This document shows positions 25,101 through 35,544 of a stretch of 64,000 nt of DNA, piece by piece. This DNA is from Sphyrna mokarran. Its lineage: Eukaryota. The stretch spans positions 7,440,001 through 7,504,000 of the forward strand of contig JAGIQG010000035.1 in NCBI GenBank assembly GCA_024679065.1. Reading direction: 5' to 3'. Below the pieces are notes generated by a model. The model was given only the letters and a program-made list of their open reading frames with translations. It ran no database searches and was not told where the DNA came from. Position numbers and translations under genes: made by a program. Numbering within the stretch: position 1 is the stretch's first letter; each line of letters opens with the position of its first letter.

Positions 25101-28100
25101 CCCTGCTCTGAAACATACCATCAGATATTACTCCAATGCACCCACTTATTGGTAAAAATCATAGAATTCCTACAGTGCAGAAAGAGGTCATTCAGCCCAT
25201 TGAGTCTGAATCAACCACAGCCTCACTCAGGCCACATTCCCATAAGCCTGCAAATCCCCTGATACTAGGATGAATTTAGCGCGGCCAATCAACCTAACCT
25301 GCACATCTTTAGAGGAAACTGGAGCACCTGCAGGAAACCCATGCAGACATGGGGAGAATGTGCAGACTCCACTCAGACGGTGACTTGAGGCCAGAAATGA
25401 ACCTAGGTGCCTGGCACTGTGAGGCAGCAGTGCTAACCACTATGCCAGCGTGCCACCCCGTATCGCCTAAGGTACACCTTATGCGGCTGAGATCGTTCAT
25501 TTCACAACAGTGATCCCAGTCATCTTCACACCTCTGAGTATTGTAAAGAAAAATCACAATCGCGACAGTCCTTTAAATAATAGCAGTCACCCGTCATTCC
25601 ACCAACGTAGAGGAGATTGACAAGAATGTTGCCAGGCCTTGAAAATTTCTGCAATGAGGAGAGATTGGATAAGCTGGGGTTGTTTCTCTTAGAACAGAGG
25701 CAGCTAAGGGAAAAGACCTAATGAGGGGACCAGACAGGGTAGACAGGTAGCTGAGGGGTTAATTACAGGGAGCATAGATTTAAGGTGATTGGTAGAAAGA
25801 TTAGAGGGGACATGAGGAAAAATGTTTTCATCCGGGCGGTAGTGGGTATCTGGAATTCACTGCCTAAATTGTTGATTGAGGTGAAATGCTCAACTCATTG
25901 AACAGATATCTGGATCTTTATCTGAAACCTGCGAGGCTACAAAGAACAAAAAAAAAGTACACACAGGAATAGGCCCTTCGGCCCTTCAAGAGCATGCCAA
26001 TCATGATGCCCTAACTAAATTTAAAAAAACCTTCTGCCCTTATGTGGTCTGTATCCCTCTACTCCATCCCTATTCACGTACCCATCCAGATGCCTCTTAA
26101 ATGTTGCTAATGTGCCTGTTTCCACCATTTCCTCTGGCAGCACATTCCAGGCACCACCAGCCTCTGCGTGAAAAACTTCCCCCGCTCCCTTCCTTTAAAT
26201 TTACACCTTCTCATTTTGAGCCTGTGCCCCCCTGTAATGGACACTTCCATCCTGGGGAAAAAAGCCTCTGATTGTCCTTATTGCATACACCTCTCATAAT
26301 TTTGTAGACCTCTATCAAGTCTCCCCTCAGCTCCGTCTTTCCAGTGAAAACAATCCCAGTTTATTCAACTTCTCCTCGTAGCCAACAGCCTCGAGACCAG
26401 GCAACGTCCTGGTGAACCTTCTTTGCCCTCTCTCCAAAACTTCCACGTTCTTCTGACAGTGTGGTGACCAGGAACTGCACGCAACACTCCAAATGCAACC
26501 CAACCAAGGTTTTGTATCGCTGCAACATGATTTCCTAACTCTTGTACTCAATGCCCAAAAGTATTGCCCAAATAATGCCCAAATGGACCAGATGCTGGAA
26601 AGTGGCGTTAAAATAAGCGACAATTTCTATTTTTGCTATTTTAGCTGGCACAGATGTGATGGGCCGAATGGTCTTGTCCTGACTATAGCTTTGCCAGGGT
26701 TGTCGGGAGGCATTGTACAAGTTAGCATCTGAATTGAAAGGTGTACAGGGAGAAAAAAAAGGAAGTACTTACATTTACATTTTTTTCAATATTCATTCTT
26801 GAGTCATGGGCATTGATGGCTGGCCAGTATTTGTTGAAAGTCCCTAGTTGCTGTTGGAAGGCCACATTTCTGTGGCTCGAGGTCATACGTAGGCCAGACT
26901 GGGTAAGGAAGACAAATTTCCTTCCTTTAAGGACATTACTGAACCAAATGGGTTTTTCCGACAATGGTTTCAAAGTCATCAATAGATTCTTAATACCAGA
27001 TATTTTTTACTGAATTCAAATTTCACCATCTACCATGGCATAATACGAATCCGGGTCCCAAGAACATCAACTGAGTAGTTTCTGGACTAATATTCCAGTG
27101 ATAATACCACTACACCATCGCATACACCATACCCTTAGCGCCTTTCTCAATCTTAGGCCACCTAAAAGAGCTCTGCAACCATTAAAGTACTTTTAAGTCA
27201 TCACTGTTTTACCAAAGGCAATGAGGAAGACAATATGTGCACAGCAAGATCCCAAAGCCAGCACTGAGATATTGACTGGATAATCTAGGCCTGCAATGCT
27301 GTTTGAGGGCGAAGGGACCCTAAATCCGCTATGAAAAGCGGATGTTAAATGTGAAAGCTTTATATTCAACATATGTAAGGATCTAGGTAATAATCTCTTC
27401 AGAAATTCATGATGCGGTAATCTTTCAATCCCCTTTGTACTCTTCCTGCACCGTAGAATCATAGAATCCCTACAATGTAGAAGGAAACCATTTGGCCCAT
27501 CGAGTCTGCACTGACCATCATTCTACCCAGGCCCTATCCCCATAACCCCATGCATTTACCTCAGCTAGTCCCCCTGACACTAAGGGCAATTTAGCATGGC
27601 CAATCCACCTAACCTGCATATCTTTAGACTGCAGGAGGAAACTGAAGCATCTGGTAGAAACCCACGGAGACTCCACACAGAGTCACTCAAGGCCACAAAT
27701 GAATCCCGGTCCCTTGGAGCTGTGAGGCAGCAGTGCTAACCACTGTGCCATCCCAACCTGAAAATCCTTCCAAACATGCCAATGGCTGGCAGGAAAAGCA
27801 GGAGAGACTCCTGGCCATGCTTGGAGTGGCACTCCCTCAAGCCAAAAGTCTCTGGTGTCAGACTAGCAACCTGTTCCAGGAATTACTAGCCATGGAGACA
27901 GAAGAAAGTCTGCCTTGGTGTGCCACTAGATGCAGGAAGGGAATTGAGCATTTCTAATTCACCACATGAATAGAAGGTATGTCCACCAATAAAAGCCAGC
28001 CTCCCAGCAGCCATTTTATGCTGGAAACAGAGTTAATTGGTTGAGGACGGGATTTCCACTCAAAGTAGCCAGCCAATCTGATTGGCCAGCCACTCTGTAA

Positions 28101-31100
28101 TCTCAGCAGCGCCAGGTTGGAGTGGTGGCCACCTCTGGGACTGCAGGCAATTCTCAAAGGGGAGGAGGTTCATGCCGGTGGGGAACTGTCAAATCTAGCC
28201 CTGTGTTTCAGGTGGATAACTTTTCATCAGGATGGAAAGAAGAGGCAAGGAAAGGGGGGAAGGATGGGATGCACACATGGGAATGTGTATGAAAGGGAGT
28301 AAGGCAGAGGAAATCAAATGACAAAAGGACTAATGGGGCAAGGAATAGGGAGAACCGAAGTCTGAGGTATCTGCAGGACCTCTCCAGGAAACTTTTGGGG
28401 GGAGGGTGATGTCTTAGGCAACTACAGGTTGAGGGTTAAAGATGGAGTATGATCTTGAGAGTAGGTAACAGGAAGATCCCCAAAGGGGCCCCTTAATCCT
28501 CAAAATATGACCCCTAGTTCTGGGCTCCCCAACCATCAGGAACATTCTTTCTGAATCTACCCTGTCTAACCCTGTTAGAATTTTATAAGTTTCTGTGAGA
28601 TCCCCTCTCATTCTTCCAAGCTCCAATGAATACAATCCTAACCAGCTTAGACTCTCCTTATTTGACAGGACTGCTATCTCAGCTATCAGCTTGATACACC
28701 TTTGGCTGAATTCCCTCTATATCAGAGAAACCAAAATTGCACGCAGTGTTCCGGATGTGGCCTCATCAACACTCTGTACAGTTGCAGCAAAACATCTCTT
28801 TTCTGAAACTCAAACTGGGAGTAGGAGAGAGAATTAAAATAGCCACTGACAGAAGCTCAGGGTCACATGCTTGCTCACACCTAGGGGAACACGTTCGCAA
28901 TTTCTCCTTTGATGCCACTCAATTCCTCTAAATAAAAACCATTACAAAAGGAACCTGTGTGTGTCCGAGCTACACCTGCTTTTTAGAGGCCATATAAAAC
29001 ATGCTTTTTTCCAAGCCTACTAAGGTTCCTTCCATCACCAATTCCAATGGACAGATGACTCTATTGGTGATGATTCTTGCTCTTGCCTCAAATGTCATCA
29101 AATTTCACCCTTCTCTCCTTTTGTACAAAGAACAAAGAACAAAACAGCACGGGAAACAGGTCCTTCAGCCCAACAAGCCCATACCGCCACCCCAATGTTC
29201 CCATCTTTATCCTTCGATCCCTGTCTATGTTTATAGATCTATGGATTAAAAACCAAATTTGAGACAACTTAGGGAGAAAACACAGATTCAAGCCCCAGTG
29301 GCAGATTAACTACCATCCGGACCCCTAGGCTGAGCTTTAGTAAGACCCCCTGACCTTGCACCCTGCCCCATTCTTTACTGAATAGAATAGAGTGATGTTA
29401 AGTGACGTTAGATAACTTATATTGTTGTATTATGTATAATGTACTACATGTATAATATCATAAAGTTATATGAATTAATTTCAACCCTCATTCATTTATT
29501 TTTCATTTTTTTAACATTTGTACTTAAAAAGTTCCTGTGTTTTTTGTTTACAAAAGCGTCGATAAAAGCATGTAAATTGGGGTTCATATCCACAGATCTC
29601 TGAAGGTTGCCACTCAAGTGGATAGAGCCATAAAGAAGGCTTATAGCGTGTTAGCATTTATTAACAGGGGGTTTGAGTTTAAAAGCCGTGGGGTTATGCT
29701 ACAACTACTGGACTTTGGTCAGACTTTGTGTGCAGTTCTGGTCACCTCACTATAAGAAGGATGTGGAAGCATTGGAGAGAGTGCAGAGGAGATTTACCAG
29801 GATGCTGCCTGGTTTGAAGGGTAGGTCTTATGAGGAAAGGTTCAGGAGCTGGAGTTTTTCTCTTTAAAGCACAGGAGGATGAGAGGCGACTTAATAGAAG
29901 TTTAAAAGAGATGAGGGGGTTAGATAGAGTGGATGTTCAGAGATTATTTCCTCGGGTGAATGTAGCTGTTACTAGGGGGCCATAACTATAAGGGTCATGG
30001 TGGAAGACACAGGAGGGATATCAGAGGTAGGTCCTTTATTCAGAGAGTGGTTGGGGTGCGGAATGCATTGCCTGTTGTGATGATGGAGTCGGACACTTTA
30101 GGAACTTTCAAGCAGTTATTGGATAGGCGCACAGAGTACACCAGAATGATAGGGAGTGGGATAGCTTGATCTTGGGTTCAGACATAGCTCGGCACAACAT
30201 CGAGGGCCGAAGGGCCTGTTCTGTGCTGTGTTGTTCTATGTTCTAATTCAACAGATCGAAACATTCTGATTCAATGTGCACGAGTGCCAGATGACTAAGT
30301 TTCTCATCTGATTTTGATGTTGATATTGGTGAATTGTCGGATGATGATGGTGAATTTGACGATACATTGGTAGCACTGGAGGCAGTGGTGACAGTCATCA
30401 TGCTGTGGTGTGGGACTAATACTATGTAAGGGTGAATGCTGAGAAAAGTACTATATGTAACTAAATATGCACCAAAATAAGTATGTATACATGTATAGCA
30501 TGACAATAAACTCTTTGTTGCATTTATTTTGTATTTACTTGCATGTAGTACAAGTCTGGGGGGGTGAAGCTCCTCTATTTATGGGTATTTGTTATATTAA
30601 TTCACCCACGGGGAATACTTAAGAAAATGTAAAGTGTTACATGAAAATTTAAAGGTGTTAAACCAACTTTTTTTGCTCTTGGGCCACCCGCCCTTTTGGG
30701 CTCTTAGGCTTAAACTACTCAGCCTAATGGTTAATCGGCCACTGTTCATCCCACCTCTGACTCTCTCCTGCCCTCCTTTGACTTCTTCTCCTCCATTACT
30801 GGGTTTAGACTGTCAACAAATATTTGTCAACAGGCTACCGATTCTCACAGCCACTTTGATCACACTTCCTCACACTCCCCCCTTCCTGTAGGAACTCCAT
30901 CCTTCCATTTTTCCTGGTCTCCTTCATGTCTGTTCAACACCAGCACCTCTGATACTGAGGATTCTTTTGTACCACCATCACCTCGATCCTGTTCGTTCTA
31001 TTTCCTGCTCTCATCTTTTTCGTGTTTTCCCAGAACAGTGGCTCCCCTATCCTCTGTCCCAAGCAGCCTCGGAATCACTGGATCATCCTCCATCGATTCC

Positions 31101-32453
31101 ATCAGCACCGATGTGAGGACACAACCAAACCCACCCCAGCAGTTAGCCCTGCTGCCTCACAGCACCAGGACTCAGTAAGAATTTAGCAACACCAATTTTA
31201 AATCCAACCGATTTATTTGATAGTAAATCTGCATTTGATAGTAATCTCGTCTATTGCAGACCAGAACACTGCATTTGCCTGACGAAGACGAAAAGGTCGA
31301 AAGCTCGCAGATTTACTATCAAATAAATCGGGTGGATTTAAAATTGGTGTTGCTAGATTCTTACTGCGTTCTTACTACCCCAGTCCAACGCCGGCATCTC
31401 TATATCATCACAGCACCAGGGACAGGGGTTCAATCCCGACCTTGGCCCACTCTCTGTGCGGAGTCTGCACATTCTCCCTGTGTCTGCATGGGTTTCCTCT
31501 GGGTGCTCTGATTTCCTCCCACAGTCTGAAAGATGCGCTGGTTAGGTGCATTAACTGTGCTAAATTCTCTCTCAGTGAATTCAAACAAGTGCCGGATTGC
31601 AGCGACTAGGGGATTTTCACAGTAACTTCACTGCAGAATTAATGTAAGCCTAGTTGTGACACTAATAAATAAACTTAAATTTCCCATTTTAGCATGGGAA
31701 GGTGATGGCGTAGTGATATTGTCACTGGACTAGTCACCCAATGTAATCTTCCAAGACGACAGCAGATGGTGAAATTAGAATTTAATAAACAGCAAACCTG
31801 AATTTAAAAAAAGTCTATTGGTGACCATGAAACCATTTTTGATTCTTGTAAGAACCTGTCTGGTTCACAAATGCACCTTTAGGGAAGGAAATCTGGCATC
31901 CTTACCCTGCCTCGCCTCCAAGTGACTCTAGAGCAAAGTGTTGATCTCAAAGCCTTCCGGCAATAAATGCTGGTCAGCCGGTGATGCCTGTGTCCCACAA
32001 ATGAATTTTAAAAAATGCTGCACACCATCCTGACTTGGAAATATATCTCTATTCCTTCCCTGACATTGGGTCAAAACTCAGAAATTCCCTTCCTGGTAAC
32101 ACCGTGAGTGTACCTATAGCAGGTTGACTGCAGTGTTTTAAGAAGGGATCTCACCTTCCCAGTTACAGACAGCTAGGGATGGGCAATAAATATTGAAATG
32201 TAAATATTGACCCTGCATACCAGAAATGAACAAAGAGAGACAGTTACATGAGCGGGGATTACAATTCAAACTCCAATTCAAGAAAGGCTACAACACTAAA
32301 AGGACAAGGTTAATGGCTCTTAACTTCTTACACGGGTAAATGTATTAAAACAGTTATAAAAATGAACATTCATTACATTGTACATAAACTTGTACATACA
32401 TAGGTAATCATACCAAACTCACCATGAAAAGCCAAACAATGCCTAGTCTTCAT
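4151..32453 (-). CDS. Spliced TIM/HAVCR-family (hepatitis A virus cellular receptor-like) gene with tandem IgV exons; coding model join(32453-32423,20175-20131,17740-17405,11629-11294,8317-7988,5419-5361,4174-4151), 386 aa if V2 is skipped
   Basis: All exons have canonical AG/GT boundaries and compatible phases (1,1,1,1,1,0). The joined frame is open from MKTRHCLAFHAVFHWIIWNQNIHQFEALHI to DRPFKCLPENGTDFATECQSAKENCDL*. The IgV exons carry TIM motifs (LPC, CWG..C....C, GD..GxVSLTI.N.T..D.G.YxC, FND). V-exon identity is strong; linkage of the small exons is inferred. Confidence 0.6.
4270..5358 (+). mobile_element. CR1/HER1 LINE, 5'-truncated
   Basis: RT motifs SGVPQGSVLG, KFAADTK, WQMEYN; (ttcttatg)n tail. 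Confidence 0.92.
5361..5419 (-). CDS. Post-IgV two-Cys exon (DRPFKCLPENGTDFATECQS, phase 1-0)
   Basis: Acceptor ggtttgtattttcag, donor TCG|gtaaga, 59 nt, open in phase with the V exons; NGT sequon. Confidence 0.65.
5525..5998 (+). mobile_element. Rex1/Babar LINE 3' fragment (paralogous copies at 8528-10043, 10768-11103, 11848-12325)
   Basis: Encodes degenerate IIKDPTHPGHSLF.LLPSGKRY.SL..RT..LKNSFFPA; aaatc tail. Confidence 0.8.
6063..7426 (-). mobile_element. CR1 LINE 3' part with long SINE-containing 3' UTR
   Basis: ORF 6930-7427 (WQMEFNPDKCEVMHFG..RPHLEYCVQFWSP); absent from the paralogous unit near 12382. Confidence 0.9.
7988..8317 (-). CDS. TIM-type IgV exon V1
   Basis: ttttgcag|AG GCA ... 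AAG GAC G|gtacgt; 330 nt, open, with an in-frame deletion in the CC' loop: LPCTYSVLSYGLTAMHWSQGRCSEMSASHKMILRTDG...GNVSLTVHNLTMGDEGPYCCQVEYCGGNNKKEDVILSIKD. Confidence 0.85.
8582..9752 (+). mobile_element. CR1 LINE, truncated, inserted into a Rex1 fragment
   Basis: DVVYMDFSKAFDKIPH and FADDTK motifs; ttctatgttct tail; the paralogous empty site reads ctctgaacaagatcgc. Confidence 0.92.
10232..10560 (-). pseudogene. TIM-type IgV pseudo-exon V2
   Basis: Splice sites are intact, but a 10-nt deletion (GGTCCGTACT relative to V3) after RDE shifts the frame to a TAA at 10250-10252. The B-strand Cys is mutated (LPY). Length is 329 nt. Confidence 0.85.
11294..11629 (-). CDS. TIM-type IgV exon V3; all six TIM cysteines present
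   Basis: ttttgcag|AA GCA ... AAA GCC G|gtaagt; 336 nt, open: LPCTYNVTSYGLASICWGQGWCSKMETYFCSN...GDIEQGDVSLTIHNLTIRDEGPYCCWIEYSRGNNKKEDVILSIKA. Confidence 0.88.
12780..17183 (-). mobile_element. Near full-length decayed CR1 LINE (ORF1 esterase-like, APE, RT) with nested SINE 15776-16050
   Basis: TSD ccaatga at 12773-12779 and 17184-17190; fragments GDFNFPYIDWD, IKENPKAFY, DSLHLN..G.NILA. Confidence 0.9.
17405..17740 (-). CDS. TIM-type IgV exon V4 (first in transcript order); retains LFND MILIBS-like motif
   Basis: ttttgcag|AG GCA ... AAG GAC G|gtgagt; 336 nt, open: EALHIIGTLRSSVTLPCTYNVAIYGLTAMCWGRDCSEIFACLCGQQLIKTDG...GDIERGNVSLTIYNLTMRDEGLYNCRVEYTGLFNDKKEDIMLSFKD. Confidence 0.9.
20131..20175 (-). 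CDS. Candidate second leader exon (xVFHWIIWNQNIHQF, phase 1-1)
   Basis: Strong acceptor ttttttttttgttttctag, donor TCG|gtaagc, 45 nt, open and in frame with V4. Confidence 0.65.
20234..20674. mobile_element. GC-rich non-autonomous DNA-transposon-like (MITE) element
   Basis: Terminal inverted similarity gcccgaattttcc / aaaattccaccc. Confidence 0.4.
23151..23470 (+). mobile_element. HE1-like tRNA SINE (other copies at ~7645, 12575, 22140, 25180, 27455, 33908, 34390, 52548, 60661)
   Basis: A/B-box head ggcagcatggtggctcagtgg..gttcagttcc; V-domain gggtttcc..ggtgctccggtttcctcccacagtcc. Confidence 0.85.
25940..26555 (-). mobile_element. CR1 LINE 3' fragment
   Basis: WSPHCQKNVEVLERGQRRFTRTLPG; microsatellite tail near 25940. 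Confidence 0.85.
29578..30243 (+). mobile_element. CR1 LINE 3' fragment
   Basis: CVQFWSPHYKKDVEALERVQRRFTRMLPG; ttctatgttct tail. Confidence 0.9.
30243..30415 (-). CDS. Candidate Ser/Thr-rich (mucin-like) terminal exon VPHHSMMTVTTASSATNVSSNSPSSSDNSPISTSK...
   Basis: Phase-1 acceptor cttacatagtattag|TC CCA; S/T/P-rich ORF; ends at a CR1 tail junction; minus-strand AATAAA at 29495-29500. Confidence 0.3.
31170..31407 (+). mobile_element. Penelope pLTR-derived mini-element with hammerhead ribozyme (31273-31312), inserted in a SINE head
   Basis: 13-bp TSD tcacagcaccagg (31157-31169, 31408-31420); atttgc-CTGACGA-agac gaaaag gtc-GAAA-gctc-gcagat. Confidence 0.8.
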
Positions 32454-32491
32454 CTTTCTGATGTGCTTTAGATCGAAGCAAGCCCAGAAAC
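32423..32491 (-). CDS. Candidate start-codon exon (ATG at 32453; MKTRHCLAFH, phase 1)
   Basis: Acceptor tctcttctcaaatgtgcatag, Kozak-like gaaagATGa, donor CATG|gtgagt; lies in non-repetitive sequence. Confidence 0.5.
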
Positions 32492-32582
32492 CTATGCACA
32501 TTTGAGAAGAGAATTATGATTACATTTGCGTCTGCAATGTTAAGATGAATTGATGGCGTGAGCTGATTAGCACTTCAACTTA

Positions 32583-33015
32583 GCCCTTAGCTCAGTGGGC
32601 TGACTTTCCTGAATTGTGCATTTCAGCTCCACTCCAGAGACCTGAGCGCACTTTCGAGGTTGGGTCTCAGGAATAGTCGATAGGGATGCCTCTGGAGGTC
32701 CTATCTACCCTCTCAGGCAGATGTGAAAGATGCCAGGGCGATATTTCAAAGAGGACAGCTGGATTCTCATTGGTACCCTGGTCAATTTGCTCCTTTACCA
32801 CTACCTAACGCAGATTATTTGGCCACTATCACACTGTCCTTTGCCCAAAAACATGTTTGAGCAAACAGAAACATGATAATGGCCAAATAATCTGCATTAG
32901 ATTGGCTGCTGTGTTTCTCACAGCACAGCAATACCACAAAAAGTCATTAGCTGGCTGTAAAATCCTTTGCGTCATCCTGAGACTGTAACAGATGCTGCAT
33001 AAAATGCAAGAATTT
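32583..33015 (+). mobile_element. DeuSINE (SacSINE1/AmnSINE-like)
   Basis: Deu-domain-like ccctctcaggcagatgtgaaagatgccagggcgatatttcaaagag and an L2-type tail ggctgtaaaatcctttg..aaatgcaag. Confidence 0.65.
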
Positions 33016-33302
33016 TGTTTCTTTAAAAGTCACATAAAGAATCAAATATGCAAAGAGAAATGTTCCTCATTTTTCACCTCGTCTTTGACAGCACAAGCCT
33101 CTTCATTCTACGAGTGAAAGTTTAGCATCTCGTCATGTAAGCAGGAGCCCAGCTAACTTGCAAAGGGTAGCCCTCCTCAAACTACAGGGCTAACAATTAA
33201 ATGGGCACCACTCCATAATCAGCGCAATTTTTATGTGTTGGGGGTGATGGGGAGCGATGGGGGGGTGAGGGGGAGAAAAATCAAGTACCAGCAATGACTT
33301 AC

Positions 33303-33385
33303 AGTTTTGCAAATGAACTGGGCTGCTGAGCCAGTCACCCAATGTCTGCTGAGAAGAGATTCCTTCTTGCTGCAACTTGATGGGA
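33303..33385 (-). other. Candidate non-coding first exon of the TIM-like gene
   Basis: Donor ACT|gtaagt at 33302; TATA-like CATAAATA on the minus strand near 33413-33420; 5' end uncertain. Confidence 0.3.
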
Positions 33386-35239
33386 GAAAATGTGAAGGAT
33401 TCCTGTTAATTCTATTTATGTATTTGTACTGAGTGTGCAATGAGAGACATCAGTCCAACAAATACATTAGTCGTATTCATGATGTGGCCAGAGTACAACT
33501 CAGATAAGGAAACGAGAAGTGAATGATGATGCAAGTTTATTTATGGTTGTGGAAAGAGTGATGTCAATGCTTTCTCATCCAAATTAGTTGGTTTAACTGT
33601 GTTAAGAGTTAGTTAAACCAAAGAGTTTAACTGTGGACAAATGTTATGCAGATTTCGCATAATGAAAGCAACTGTGACACCTTTAGTTCTAACTTTCTAG
33701 TCAACATTTTATTCAGTGTTTTTGAGTGTGCTTGTGTAGGTCCATAGAATAGAACCTCTTGCAGAAGGAGGTCATTTGCCCCATCGAGTCTGCATCAGCA
33801 GACTTCAACAGGGCACCTTACCCAGGCCATATCCCAATAACCGTACATACATACCCCACTTATTCCCCTAATCCACACATCCTGGGACATGAAAGGGAAA
33901 CTTGTGGGTGGCACGGTAGCACAGTGGTCAGCACTGCTACTTCACAGCTCCAGGGACCTGGGTTCGATTCCCAGCTCGAGTCGCTGTCAGTGTGGAGTTT
34001 GCACATTATCCTTGTGTGTATGTGGGTTTCCTCCAGTTTCCTTCCAGTCCAAAGATGTGAGGGTTAGGTTGATTTGACATGCTAAAATTGCCTCTTCGTT
34101 TCCTGGGATGTGTAGGTTAGAGGGATGACTGGGTAAAATACATTGGATAAAAAGATAGGGCCTGAATGGGATTATGGTCAGTACAGACTCAATGGGCCAA
34201 ATGGCCTCTTTCTATACCATAGGGATTCTATGAAACTTAGTATGGCCAAGCCATCTAACCTGAACATATTTAGACACTAAGATACAATTTAGCATGGCTA
34301 ATCCTACAAATTTTTGGACAGTAAAGGACAATTCAGCATAGCTAATCCACCTAACCTGTGTATCTTTGGACACAATTTAGCATGGCTATTATTGCTGCCT
34401 CACAGCGCCAGGGACCAGGGTTCAATTCCCGGCTCCAGGTCACTTCTGTGTGGAGTCTGCATGTTTGCCCCGTGTCTGCATGGGTTTCCTCTGGGTACTC
34501 CGGTTTCCTCCCACAGTCCAAAGATGTTCAGGTTAGGTGGATTGGCCATGCTAAATAGCCCTTTAGTGGCCAAAGATACATATAGGTTAAGAGGATCAAC
34601 AGAATAAAATACGTATGGTTACAGAGGTTTCAGGAATAGGATATAAGATTTGATGCACCATGTTAGTGAGTTTTTTTGGCAGGCAGAAGAGTGATGGTGA
34701 CTTGCTAAGCACCATTATGATGCAAACTAGTCTAACTCCTACCTGAGCTCCACATGCAGGCGAGCACCTGGGCTCACGTCTGTGTAGTGGGTAAGTGATC
34801 TGTAAACTCCCATACAGGACCCTGAGGTGGGTGGGGTGGGGGAGAGGAGGCAATCGCTTTTGAGTTCTGGGGAACCAAGGGCTACATTTTCTCAGTGACA
34901 CAGCATTGAGTGGTCTCCCCAACTGAAAGAAGCAAGAGGTTTTTCTCTCTCTCTCTCTCTCTCTCTCTGGAAGCTGCTGTTTAAGTGTCAGAAGACAGGC
35001 TTCTCTCTCTGTATCTCTCTCCAGAAGTATTATAGTCCTCTAGGACTGCTAACAAGTAAAAGCACAAAAGCCTATGTTGTTTGCTAACTGATTTTGAAGA
35101 GGTGTTTAAGTCTATAAGAGGAAAATTGCTTGAACTGGAAATAGTAGAGATAGGTTAGCAATTAAGAATTGTAACTTGTCATGTTTAAGTACTTCAAGCA
35201 GTAAAAGCTAAGTTAAATCATTTATTTATTTATTTTCAT

Positions 35240-35435
35240 TTATATATCCAATGCAATCCGATCAAAGTCCAATTCAGAGTGTCAGCAAGTGAGACATTCC
35301 TTATCCAAGCTGACAGAACAGGTAGGCCGCTTCCTGTCCTGGGCTTGATCTACATGATCCAAGCTGATTGGAGTAGACATTGCACCTTCTCCAAAGCTCA
35401 ATCTCATTTGCATCTTAGCCAAAAGGCCGAGATGC
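35240..35435 (-). mobile_element. U2-headed SINE-like chimera
   Basis: Minus strand gcatctcggccttttggctaagat (U2 5' stem-loop), then about 170 nt of non-U2 body and an A-rich tail. Confidence 0.55.
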
Positions 35436-35503
35436 TGCTTTAAAAGATTGCTTCAAATGAAGCCTTAATATAACCTCATGACTTCAACCAAGTGCAAGAT
35501 ATT

Positions 35504-35544
35504 GATACTACACTTCATCTTAGCTAAAAAGCCTGAAAAGCGAT
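35504..35544 (-). pseudogene. U2 snRNA 5' fragment (about nt 1-40)
   Basis: atcgcttttcaggctttttagctaagatgaagtgtagtatc versus the U2 5' end, including the branch-point-pairing GTAGTA. Confidence 0.75.

Noticed and set aside
29001-29249. Plus-strand signal-peptide-like ORF MTLLVMILALAS
   Set aside because: Runs into a repeat with no splice donor or downstream support
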